Source of the DNA: an uncultured Mycoplasmatota bacterium
GTDB taxonomy: Bacteria > Bacillota_I > Bacilli_A > RF39 > UBA660
Reading direction: 5' to 3'
DNA length: 64,000 bases
Assembly: GCA_900542735.1 (NCBI GenBank)
Contig: UQOS01000003.1
Span: forward strand, 6,821-70,820
The notes beneath the pieces are model-generated. The model ran no database searches, had not been told where the DNA came from, and saw nothing but the letters and a program-made list of their open reading frames with translations. The position numbers and the translations under genes were made by a program. Shown piece by piece: positions 19,404 to 27,750 of this stretch (its first letter is position 1; each line of letters begins with the position of its first letter).

Positions 19404-20719
19404 AGTTTTTAGAGTTATTCATAGATTCTGCTATTATGTGGACTACATTTTATTTAATTGGAAGAATATTATTTGAAGAAACAAAAAAAACCAATTACAT
19501 TAAATTAGTTCCTATGATTATGCTTTTTTCATACATATTAGCACACATAAATTATGTGAATTCAGAAATATTAAATGGTATTATAAAAATTATATGTGTG
19601 TATAGTTTGTATTGTGCATTTTATAAAATTATATTTAAAAAAGAACTATCTAAAGTTCTAGTAGCATCATTAATATTATATTTATGTCTATGTGCATCAG
19701 AAGTAGTAATGGTAATAATTGCAGGAATTGTTTTGGAAATAATGGGTAAACCTATGTCAATTATGAAAAATAGTATTGTTATGAATTTTCTTATAGCTTT
19801 GTTTGAATATATAATAATTTTTAAATTAAAAGATAAATTGACATCTATCGTTAAAGATAATAATTTAGGTAAAAAAAGTGGTATCATAGTTATTTTTATT
19901 GTATTAATTACATTGGCATTACTAAAATTTAAAATGCCATTATCAAAGTGGAGTATTGATACAGAATTTATAATTACTATGATAATATTATTATCGTTTT
20001 GTATAGTTGGTATATTTATGATAAAGCAAAACTCAGATATTCAAAAAACAACATCAAAATACCAAAAATTAGTAGACTATTCTGATATAACTAATGACCT
20101 ATTGGAAGATTATAGAGTTATTTCTCATGAACAGAAAAACCAATTGTTAGTAATTAGAAGTTTGTTGGATGATAATTCTCCTCAAGAATTAGTAGACTAC
20201 GTAGATGGATTATTAGATAAAAAAGTAGGTTTTAAATATGAATGGATTGGAGATTTGACTCATCTGCCACTATCAGGATTAAAAGGATTAATTAATTACA
20301 AGTTAATTGAGGCAAATTCATTAAAAATTGATACAAACATTTCTATAAGTAAAGACATTGATAAATTAAAATTAAACAAATTATCATCAAAACAAAAAGA
20401 CGAATTATATAGTATAATAGGTGTATACTTAGATAATGCCATTCAAGCAGCAAAAGAAAGTAATAAGAAAGAAGTTAGTTTGGAAATCTATAAAGAAAAT
20501 GAAAAAGTAGTTATCGTAATAGCTAATACCTATGATGGAAAGATAGATTTTGAAAAATTAGATAACTATGGTTATACAACAAAAGGCAAAAATCATGGAG
20601 TAGGCTTGCACTTAGTTAAAAAAATAATTGAGAATGAAGTAATATATTCTCAATCACGTAGTTTATTTGAAGACTATTATGTACAGAAGCTAATTATTGA
20701 TTTATCAGGAATAAAATAA
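19400..20719 (+). CDS. AgrC-like (HPK10) membrane sensor histidine kinase
   Basis: ~6-7 N-terminal TM helices; H-box region ISHEQKNQLLVIRSLL; GHKL ATPase N/G boxes (LDNAIQAAKE; GYTTKGKNHGVGLHLVKKI). Partner of the upstream LytTR regulator. Confidence 0.8.
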   Translation: MKFLELFIDSAIMWTTFYLIGRILFEETKKTNYIKLVPMIMLFSYILAHINYVNSEILNGIIKIICVYSLYCAFYKIIFKKELSKVLVASLILYLCLCASEVVMVIIAGIVLEIMGKPMSIMKNSIVMNFLIALFEYIIIFKLKDKLTSIVKDNNLGKKSGIIVIFIVLITLALLKFKMPLSKWSIDTEFIITMIILLSFCIVGIFMIKQNSDIQKTTSKYQKLVDYSDITNDLLEDYRVISHEQKNQLLVIRSLLDDNSPQELVDYVDGLLDKKVGFKYEWIGDLTHLPLSGLKGLINYKLIEANSLKIDTNISISKDIDKLKLNKLSSKQKDELYSIIGVYLDNAIQAAKESNKKEVSLEIYKENEKVVIVIANTYDGKIDFEKLDNYGYTTKGKNHGVGLHLVKKIIENEVIYSQSRSLFEDYYVQKLIIDLSGIK

Positions 20720-20720
20720 A

Positions 20721-20745
20721 AAAGCTACCTAACGGTAGTCTTTTT
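20721..20745. terminator. Bidirectional hairpin shared by the convergent kinase gene and agrD
   Basis: AGCTACC-taac-GGTAG(t)CT flanked by A-run on one side and T-run on the other; lies between the kinase stop (20719) and the agrD stop (20744). Confidence 0.5.
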
Positions 20746-20869
20746 ATCTTTCAATCATCTCTTTAGACATTTCAGGTTCATCTATAACTAAACATACACA
20801 AGCTGAAGTTGCAGCACCAGCAGCTAAGATACCAAGTCCAGAAAGAACCATAGCGAATAATTTTTTCAT
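20744..20869 (-). CDS. agrD: AgrD-like autoinducing-peptide precursor (41 aa)
   Basis: Not in ORF track (too short). Minus-strand ATG 20869 with RBS GGGGAA 7 nt upstream. Product MKKLFAMVLSGLGILAAGAATSACVCLVIDEPEMSKEMIER has an N-terminal amphipathic leader, central Cys-containing core (ACVCLVI) and an acidic D-E-P-E tail like AgrD recognition tails (S. aureus DEVEVPKEL). It sits 19 nt downstream of agrB. Confidence 0.75.
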   Translation of the reverse strand: MKKLFAMVLSGLGILAAGAATSACVCLVIDEPEMSKEMIER

Positions 20870-20888
20870 ACATTTTCCCCTTTCACTT

Positions 20889-21494
20889 CTATTTACTAAA
20901 AACATACCCCTCATAATTCTTATATGGTAATTTAAACACCCTATAAGTAAGAGGATGTATTAGTACAGCTTCAAGTAACATACTACACATAATAACATTT
21001 CTTAAAAACATACTATTTGTGTAGAAGTAAAGTAATATATATATAACTGCAACGGTAATTGTTAATAATTTAAATTTAATTCTTCTGTTTTTTCTAACAA
21101 GAGGTCTTTTTTTGGTATCAGCAGGAGCATATAATAAAAAACATATAAATGTAACTGCTAAAACAAAATATTGAATAACTAATGGCATGTTGAGATGCAA
21201 ACAAACATAAGGAAGCCCTATAAATAATAATGAAGAAGCAATCCAGCACATCCAACTTTTAGTAGCATGAATTCCAAATGCAAATGACCTAAGCCCATTA
21301 AAAAATAATAATAATATTACTGCTTCTTTAAATAGTCCTAACAATAAAGAAACAAGTAAAATAACAACAACTTTAGTAAGAGATAAGTATATAGCTTCTA
21401 AACCATACCTGATTTCATCAAGCTTAGAACTATCGTAATCAGGATAAATATCTGTTACTAATTGTAAAGAATGATTGATAATAAATTGTTTCAT
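20889..21494 (-). CDS. agrB: AgrB-family AIP-processing membrane cysteine peptidase
   Basis: Strong similarity to S. aureus AgrB: FGIHATKSWMCWIASSLLF (catalytic His/Cys spacing) and YAPADTKKRPLVRKNRR (compare YAPAATKKKPIPVR). Start taken at ATG 21494 (MKQFII...) with RBS GGTGA 7 nt upstream; track start 21536 is less likely. Confidence 0.9.
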   Translation of the reverse strand: MKQFIINHSLQLVTDIYPDYDSSKLDEIRYGLEAIYLSLTKVVVILLVSLLLGLFKEAVILLLFFNGLRSFAFGIHATKSWMCWIASSLLFIGLPYVCLHLNMPLVIQYFVLAVTFICFLLYAPADTKKRPLVRKNRRIKFKLLTITVAVIYILLYFYTNSMFLRNVIMCSMLLEAVLIHPLTYRVFKLPYKNYEGYVFSK

Positions 21495-21616
21495 TTTTGT
21501 ATCACCATATCTTTCAATGACACTATAACACAACAAAATATCAGAAATTTCGATATTATATTCAAACGTTTATTTTTGTAGCTAGATACTAAAAAAGTTA
21601 ACTAATTACAAACTAC

Positions 21617-21644
21617 TTTTACCAAAAACATACAAAAATGAACA
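21617..21644 (+). promoter_or_regulatory. Conserved csp 5'-leader element, copy 1 (ttttaccaaaaacatacaaaaatgaaca), downstream of extended -10 TGCTACAAT (21680-21688 lies 3' of it)
   Basis: Near-identical element recurs upstream of the second csp gene (22020-22047); cold-box-like conserved leader. Confidence 0.45.
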
Positions 21645-21757
21645 ATTCACACAAAAAAATTTAAAATTACCACATCTTTTGCTACAATGAATTTGCGCAA
21701 TTAGTGATATCACACTAGCAGTAAGCAGTAAAGAAATACAGAAGGTGAGGTGGCAGT

Positions 21758-21976
21758 GTGAAAGGAAGAGTAAAATGGTTCAACAATGAAAAAGGATATG
21801 GCTTTATCGAATATACAGATAAAGAAGATATCTTTGTTCATTATTCTGCAATCAGACAAGAAGGCTATAAGACATTAGAAGAAGGCCAGATTGTAGAATT
21901 CAAATTACTTGAGACTGAAAAAGGCTTTCAAGCTCTTGACGTCGTAGTTTCAAAAGAACTATCAGCTACCAAATAA
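21758..21976 (+). CDS. cspA: Cold-shock protein (CspA family)
   Basis: GTG start after RBS AGGTGAGGTGG; [19 protein letters not shown]1 motif and [10 protein letters not shown]2. Confidence 0.9.
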   Translation: MKGRVKWFNNEKGYGFIEYTDKEDIFVHYSAIRQEGYKTLEEGQIVEFKLLETEKGFQALDVVVSKELSATK

Positions 21977-22019
21977 TGGTAGCTTTTCTAATGGTAATTT
22001 TGTTAACTATTAGTTAAAA

Positions 22020-22047
22020 TTTTACCGAAAACACACGAAAATCAACA
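22020..22047 (+). promoter_or_regulatory. Conserved csp 5'-leader element, copy 2 (ttttaccgaaaacacacgaaaatcaaca); extended -10 TGTTACTAT at 22082-22090
   Basis: Direct repeat of the element at 21617-21644. Confidence 0.45.
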
Positions 22048-22130
22048 GAATAACTAAATTTTATTAAAAATTCTTTTAAAAGTGTTACTATGAAAAAGTG
22101 CAATTTTTAAAAAGAAGGAAGTAGAAGTAT

Positions 22131-22349
22131 ATGTTAGGAAAAGTAAAATGGTTCAATAACGAAAAAGGATATGGTTTTATAATTGGAGAAAATAATCAAG
22201 ATGTTATGGTACATTATTCTTGTATCGAACAAAGTGGTTATAAAACCTTACATGAGAACCAATTAGTTGAATATGAACCAGTTAAAACGAAAAAAGGTTT
22301 ACAAGCACAAAAAGTAAAACCGGTAAAAGATTTAGAAACTATGAGATAA
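22131..22349 (+). CDS. Cold-shock protein (CspA family), tandem paralog
   Basis: [17 protein letters not shown]...VHYSCI; 72 aa. Confidence 0.9.
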   Translation: MLGKVKWFNNEKGYGFIIGENNQDVMVHYSCIEQSGYKTLHENQLVEYEPVKTKKGLQAQKVKPVKDLETMR

Positions 22350-22454
22350 AATAGTTTTTTTCTTTTGTTAAAAAATGTGAAAATATGTAAAAGCAAGTTA
22401 GAAACTTTATTTTAGCTATCAAATATGCTATTATATAGTTGGGAGGGATGATAT

Positions 22455-22985
22455 ATGGATATCATTATCAGAGGAAGTAAACTTGAAATAACAGAAGCTA
22501 TGGAATCTTATGCAAAGGAGAAAATTAGTAGATTAGAAAAATATCTAGAAAATAGTGATGATACTCACGCTACCATATTAGTAAAGATTCATGGTCATTT
22601 ACATATCGTTGAAGTAACCATACCTCTAAAAAACTTCATTTTAAGAGCAGAGGAATCTAAAGATGACTTCTATGCAGCAATAGATACAGTAACAGATAAA
22701 TTAGAAAGACAAATTCGTAAAAATAAAACTAGAATTGCGGCAAAAAAGAATAAAGAAGTAAAAGACTTTGCTTATGACTATATTCAAAGTATTGAAGAAG
22801 AAAGTGAAGAAAAAATAGTAAAAAGAAAGAAAATAGAAGTAAAACCAATGGACGAAGAAGAAGCAATTCTTCAAATGGAACTATTAGGTCATGAATTTTA
22901 TTTATATAAAGATATAGAAACAGGAGAACCTGCTGTTATCTATAAAAGAAAAGATGGAGATTATGGAATTATAGAAGCTGAATAG
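22455..22985 (+). CDS. hpf: Ribosome hibernation promoting factor (long HPF/YvyD)
   Basis: 176 aa; N-terminal RaiA/HPF domain (MDIIIRGSKLEITEAMESYAKEKISRLEKY) plus C-terminal dimerisation domain (KRKKIEVKPMDEEEAILQMELLGHEFYLY). Upstream of secA as in B. subtilis. Confidence 0.9.
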   Translation: MDIIIRGSKLEITEAMESYAKEKISRLEKYLENSDDTHATILVKIHGHLHIVEVTIPLKNFILRAEESKDDFYAAIDTVTDKLERQIRKNKTRIAAKKNKEVKDFAYDYIQSIEEESEEKIVKRKKIEVKPMDEEEAILQMELLGHEFYLYKDIETGEPAVIYKRKDGDYGIIEAE

Positions 22986-23040
22986 GCTTCTTTTTCTTTA
23001 TTAAATAACGATTTTTTGATATTATAATACTGGTGATTAT

Positions 23041-23517
23041 ATGGAAATATTTTTGAAAGATTTAAAACTAGAAAGAGTTAATTTTTTTGATGAAGAAAAG
23101 ATAAATTATATAGAAGGATTATTAGATGATGAATTAATTAAAAAGTATTTAGGCTATTTAAAAGATGGAATATCAATTAGTAAAAATATAGGGTATTTAA
23201 ATTCACATTATGTTGTAAAACGTGGTTCAAACAATGTAGGTTATCTATATCTTAGTCCACCATTTATCAAAGATAAAAGGACTTCATCAGAAATAAGATA
23301 TGCTATAGACTCATTATATAGACAAAGTGGTTTAGGTAATCTATTAGTAAAGGAAATTAGTGATTATATTCTAGAAAACGAAAATATCGATTCTCTAGTT
23401 GCCATTATTCAAAAACAGAATTTAATCTCCAAACATATAGTAGAAAATAATGGTTACATACAAGATGGAGAAGATATAGATGGTTTGATTTTTGAAAAGA
23501 GTAGTTTTAGGCGATAA
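23041..23517 (+). CDS. GNAT-family N-acetyltransferase (putative)
   Basis: 158 aa; R/QxxGxG-like acetyl-CoA loop (YRQSGLGNLLVKEI). Confidence 0.5.
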   Translation: MEIFLKDLKLERVNFFDEEKINYIEGLLDDELIKKYLGYLKDGISISKNIGYLNSHYVVKRGSNNVGYLYLSPPFIKDKRTSSEIRYAIDSLYRQSGLGNLLVKEISDYILENENIDSLVAIIQKQNLISKHIVENNGYIQDGEDIDGLIFEKSSFRR

Positions 23518-23606
23518 TATATACCATAAATTGTAGGTTTCTAGCGGAAAAAACTAGTCATTGAAGTAAATAGTTGGTATAATATTAATTACAGGAGAGT
23601 GAAACA

Positions 23607-26096
23607 ATGGAATTATTAAAAAAGTTATTCGACCATGAATATAAAGAATTAAAAAGATTTGAAAAAATAGCAGATCAAATAGATGAATTAGATGAAAGTA
23701 TGCAAGCTTTATCTGATAAAGAATTAAAAGATAAAACGAAAGAATTTAAAGAAAGACTACAAAATGGTGAAACAGTAGATGATTTAGTAGTAGAAGCCTT
23801 TGCAGTTGCTCGTGAAGCTTGTTTCCGTGTAATTGGTGAAAAACCTTACTATGTACAGTTATTAGGTGCTTTAGCTATTCATTTTGGTAATATTGCTGAA
23901 ATGAAAACAGGTGAAGGTAAAACTTTAACTTCTGTATTACCAGCTTATTTAAATGCTTTAACTGGTGAAGGAGTACATATCATTACTGTTAATGAATACT
24001 TAGCAGACCGTGATGCACATTGGATGGGTAAAATCCATGAATTCTTAGGACTTACAGTAGGAATTAACTTAAGAGATATGACACCAAAAGAAAAACAAGA
24101 ACAATATGCTTGTGATATCTTATATTCAACTAATAATGAAATTGGGTTTGACTATTTGCGTGATAACATGGTAATTCGTAAAGAAAATCGTGTTCAAAGA
24201 CCATTTAACTATGCAATTATTGATGAGGTTGACTCAGTTTTAATTGATGAAGCACGTACACCATTAATTATTTCTGGTGGTGAAATGAAGAGTGCTAACC
24301 TTTATATGGACGCTGATAGATTTGCTAAATCATTAAAAGAAGACGAATATATTTATGATGAAAAAACTAAAAATGTATCTTTATCAGAAGAAGGAGTTAA
24401 GAAAGCTGAAAAGAAATTTGGCTTCAAGAACTTATTTGATGTTGAAAATACAGAATTAGTTCATTATATAAATCAAGCATTACGTGCTAATTATTCTATG
24501 AAAAATGACATTGATTATGTTGTTCAAGATGGAAAAGTAGTAATCGTAGATCAATTTACAGGTCGTTTAATGCCAGGTCGTGCTTATAGTGATGGTCTTC
24601 ATCAAGCAATAGAAGCAAAAGAAGGAGTACAAATTCAACAAGAAACAAAAACTTTAGCTACTATTACTTTCCAAAATTTATTCAGAATGTATAAAAAGTT
24701 ATCTGGTATGACAGGTACTGCTAAAACAGAAGAAGAAGAATTTAGAAATATTTATAATATGTATGTTATTGAAATACCTACTAATAAACCAGTTATTCGT
24801 GTTGATATGCCTGATTTAATGTATTCAACAAAAGCAGGTAAATATCGCGCTATTGTTAATGAAATAGAAGCAAGATATAAAAAAGGTCAACCAGTTTTAG
24901 TTGGTACTATCGCTATTGAAACTAGTGAGTTAATTAGTAATTTATTAAAACAGAAGCATATTCCACATGAAGTATTAAATGCAAAAAATCATGCTCGTGA
25001 AGCAGAAATTATATCTAAAATTGGTTTAGGTAAATCAGTAACTATTGCTACCAATATGGCAGGTCGTGGTACCGATATTAAATTAAGTGATGAGGTAAGA
25101 GAACTTGGTGGATTATGCGTAATTGGTACAGAAAGACATGAATCTCGTCGTATCGATAATCAGTTAAGAGGTCGTTCTGGTCGTCAAGGGGACCCTGGTT
25201 TTACACAATTCTATGTATCTATGGAAGATGACTTAATGGTACGATTTGGTACAGATAGAATTAAAATTATGATGCAGAATTTAGGATTTGATGAAAATCA
25301 AGCTATTCGTAGTAAAACATTTACGAAAGCATTATCATCAGCTCAAGCTCGTGTTGAAGGTAATAACTTTGATATTCGTAAACAATTACTTCAATATGAT
25401 GATGTTATGAACAATCAAAGAGAAATTATGTACTCAAGACGTAATGAAATATTAGATAGTGAATCTATTCATGAAACAGTATTAGATACCATCCATAATC
25501 ATATTTCAGATTTAGTAAACTCTCATCTATTCCCAGAGGGAAGATTAACAAATGATGATGTAAAAGATATAGTAGAATTTGTAAATGAAAACTTACTAAA
25601 GAAAGATATTGATAAGGAAGATGTTGATAATAGAACTCCAGATGAAATGATTAATATCATTACTGAAAAAGTAGTAGCAGAATATGAAGAAAAATTAAAA
25701 GATATTCCAGAAGAAATCAAAGATGAGTTTGAAAAAGCTATTTCACTTAATGTAATAGATCATCATTGGACAGAACACATTAATACTTTATCTCATTTAA
25801 GAGAAGGAATTTACTTAAGAGGATATGGTCAAGAAGATCCACTACGAGCTTATACAATGGAAGGCTTTGATTTATTCGACAAAATGATGCAAAGAATAGA
25901 TAACGACATCACTTTAATGTTAGTACGTTCTGAAATTAGACAAAATATTGAGAGAAAAGAAGTATCAAAAAAACAAATAACGAATGATAGTGATGAAACT
26001 ATAAAAAAACAACCTAAGAAATCAGAAAAAATTGGAAGAAATGATCCTTGTCCATGTGGATCAGGTAAGAAGTACAAACAATGTTGTGGAAAGTAG
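23607..26096 (+). CDS. secA: Preprotein translocase ATPase SecA
   Basis: 829 aa; DEAD-like motor motifs (MKTGEGKTL, DEVDSVLIDEARTPLIISG, TNMAGRGTDI) and C-terminal SEC-C zinc finger CPCGSGKKYKQCCGK. Confidence 0.97.
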   Translation: MELLKKLFDHEYKELKRFEKIADQIDELDESMQALSDKELKDKTKEFKERLQNGETVDDLVVEAFAVAREACFRVIGEKPYYVQLLGALAIHFGNIAEMKTGEGKTLTSVLPAYLNALTGEGVHIITVNEYLADRDAHWMGKIHEFLGLTVGINLRDMTPKEKQEQYACDILYSTNNEIGFDYLRDNMVIRKENRVQRPFNYAIIDEVDSVLIDEARTPLIISGGEMKSANLYMDADRFAKSLKEDEYIYDEKTKNVSLSEEGVKKAEKKFGFKNLFDVENTELVHYINQALRANYSMKNDIDYVVQDGKVVIVDQFTGRLMPGRAYSDGLHQAIEAKEGVQIQQETKTLATITFQNLFRMYKKLSGMTGTAKTEEEEFRNIYNMYVIEIPTNKPVIRVDMPDLMYSTKAGKYRAIVNEIEARYKKGQPVLVGTIAIETSELISNLLKQKHIPHEVLNAKNHAREAEIISKIGLGKSVTIATNMAGRGTDIKLSDEVRELGGLCVIGTERHESRRIDNQLRGRSGRQGDPGFTQFYVSMEDDLMVRFGTDRIKIMMQNLGFDENQAIRSKTFTKALSSAQARVEGNNFDIRKQLLQYDDVMNNQREIMYSRRNEILDSESIHETVLDTIHNHISDLVNSHLFPEGRLTNDDVKDIVEFVNENLLKKDIDKEDVDNRTPDEMINIITEKVVAEYEEKLKDIPEEIKDEFEKAISLNVIDHHWTEHINTLSHLREGIYLRGYGQEDPLRAYTMEGFDLFDKMMQRIDNDITLMLVRSEIRQNIERKEVSKKQITNDSDETIKKQPKKSEKIGRNDPCPCGSGKKYKQCCGK

Positions 26097-26097
26097 T

Positions 26098-26126
26098 AAA
26101 AGCCCAGTAATTACGGGCTTTTTTCA
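26098..26126 (+). terminator. Rho-independent terminator of secA
   Basis: AAGCCC-agtaatta-CGGGCTTTTTT immediately after the secA stop. Confidence 0.7.
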
Positions 26127-26363
26127 TGCTCCAAATACTTCGGAACATACTTTAGATACCTTTTTGGATACCTTCTGATGAGTATCTAAAAGGTATCTAG
26201 ATACCCTTTTTAGTGATAAATTCGCAATTTTTTAGTAAGATATTAAAACACAATTTTCCCTTTATTTATAAGGGTTTGCAAGCAATTTTGCTTTAAAATA
26301 ATATAAAATTGTGTCCGTTGCCAAAGTGGCTTAGAGCACAAATAAAAAAAGATAATACCTTTT

Positions 26364-26615
26364 TTAATTATCTTCCTCATCTATTGGTTTAAACAATTCT
26401 CTTATATCAATATTTAATACTTCTGCAAATTTCCATAAAGTTCCTAAACTAAATGTTTGATAATATTTTTCACTTTCAATATTCATTATGAATCCATCGC
26501 TATAATTACATAGTTCTGCAAATTTGTGTTGGGTTAGTCCTTTGGTTTTTCTTTGCTTTTTAAGGTTCGTTGCTACAAGATAGTAAACATAATTTTCATC
26601 ATTTTTATTTATCAA
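26364..26615 (-). CDS. XRE-family HTH transcriptional regulator
   Basis: 83 aa; HTH_3-like (LKKQRKTKGLTQHKFAELCNYSDGFIMNIE); divergent from the downstream membrane-protein gene. Confidence 0.6.
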   Translation of the reverse strand: MINKNDENYVYYLVATNLKKQRKTKGLTQHKFAELCNYSDGFIMNIESEKYYQTFSLGTLWKFAEVLNIDIRELFKPIDEEDN

Positions 26616-26646
26616 TATAGCATCACACCTTTCTAATAATATTTTC

Positions 26647-26684
26647 TCACTTATTCGGTGAAAATATACTCACTCATTCGGTGA
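26647..26684. promoter_or_regulatory. Two direct copies of a 15-bp dyad-containing box TCACT(T/C)ATTCGGTGA spaced 23 bp apart, just upstream of -10 TATAAT (26694-26699); candidate XRE operator
   Basis: Copy 1 at 26647-26661 and copy 2 at 26670-26684; outer TCAC/GTGA arms are palindromic. Located in the divergent promoter between the XRE gene and the 26721 membrane-protein gene. Confidence 0.45.
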
Positions 26685-26720
26685 GATGTGTGATATAATT
26701 ATAATGAAAGGAGGTAGAGC

Positions 26721-27332
26721 ATGAGCGAAAGCGTAGAGAAAAAGAATAGCAGTGGATTGGCTACTGCTGGAATGGTCTTAGGAATCATTGGTGTAGTTTT
26801 ATCTTTCATTCCAATAATAAATAATATTGCATTTTGTATAGGAATATTAGCATTAATATTTGGAATTATTGGAATTGTAAAGAAAGTAGGGAAAGGGAAG
26901 GCAATTGCTGGAATAGTTTTAGGAATTTTATCGATAGTAATAACTTTGGCAATGCAAAGCGCTGTATCTGATGCAATTGATGAAACATCAAAGGAATTAG
27001 ATAAGATTACCGGTAATAGTACAGAAGAGGTTTTAAAAACTGAGGCAAATGTTACATTAGGAGATCTACAAATATCTAAAGATGAATATGGTTTAACTGA
27101 TAGTAAGATGGTCGTTACAGTCAAAAACATTACTGACAAAAAGAAATCATATTCATTTCATATAGAAGCTGTAGATGCAAATGGAAATAGAATAGATGAA
27201 GATTATGTATATGCTAATGATTTAAGTGCCGGTCAAACTCAAAATTTTGAAATTTTTACTTATATAGAAGATTCAAAAATTGATGGGATGAAAGCTGCAA
27301 CATTTAAAATAATAGAAGCTTCAGCATATTAA
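26721..27332 (+). CDS. Membrane protein (two N-terminal TM helices, DUF4190-like, plus extracellular beta-rich C-terminal domain)
   Basis: 203 aa; Gly/Ile-rich TM hairpin, then soluble domain; RBS AAGGAGG. Confidence 0.5.
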   Translation: MSESVEKKNSSGLATAGMVLGIIGVVLSFIPIINNIAFCIGILALIFGIIGIVKKVGKGKAIAGIVLGILSIVITLAMQSAVSDAIDETSKELDKITGNSTEEVLKTEANVTLGDLQISKDEYGLTDSKMVVTVKNITDKKKSYSFHIEAVDANGNRIDEDYVYANDLSAGQTQNFEIFTYIEDSKIDGMKAATFKIIEASAY

Positions 27333-27548
27333 GGTTAAAAGATGGTTGGATAAATCATCTTTTTTAAATCTCATAAAAAGCTTGCTAAAAAATTGCGAAA
27401 AATCGTTAAAAAAGAATTTTAGATACCTTTTTAGATACCCTGAGAATAAATTCCAGGGTGCTGTCGGAAGCTCCCAAGTGCATTCAATAGCCGAAAAGAG
27501 CCACAAAATGCTATGAGAAGCTACCAAAATACCTACTATAAAAAGCCA

Positions 27549-27590
27549 TGTGGCAGTGGTAAAAAATATAAACAATGCTGTGGAAAGTAG
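27549..27590 (+). repeat. Second copy of the secA 3'-terminal SEC-C coding segment (encodes CGSGKKYKQCCGK-stop); start of tandem repeat unit A
   Basis: tgtggcagtggtaaaaaatataaacaatgctgtggaaagtag versus secA tgtggatcaggtaagaagtacaaacaatgttgtggaaagtag; differences are all synonymous. An in-frame ATG at 27513 would give a 25-aa micro-ORF MRSYQNTYYKKPCGSGKKYKQCCGK. Confidence 0.7.
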
Positions 27591-27683
27591 CATAAAATAA
27601 TGGAAAACTAATAATTATAAAAATTATAAATTGGTTCGAGTTTTATAACTCGTCCACAAAATATTAAAAATATGTAGTAAAAT

Positions 27684-27720
27684 AAAGGTGTGAACAATGA
27701 TTATATTTGTTGACACCTTT
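27684..27720. repeat. 14-bp arm imperfect palindrome AAAGGTGTGAACAA-n9-TTGTTGACACCTTT upstream of the KilA-N gene (copy A)
   Basis: Inverted repeat with one mismatch. A homologous palindrome at 29592-29624 carries a compensatory paired change (T/A to C/G), indicating a structural or dimer-site constraint. Confidence 0.55.
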
Positions 27721-27750
27721 TAAAATCTAAATAGAAAGGAGAAAAAAATA

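Noticed and set aside
21537-21757. Searched the agrB upstream region for LytTR/AgrA-type 9-bp direct repeats with 12-bp spacer
   Set aside because: Only a weak TAGTT-n6-TAGTT pair (revcomp of 21606-21630) was found. The spacing and sequence do not match the AgrA consensus well enough to call without a genome-wide motif model.
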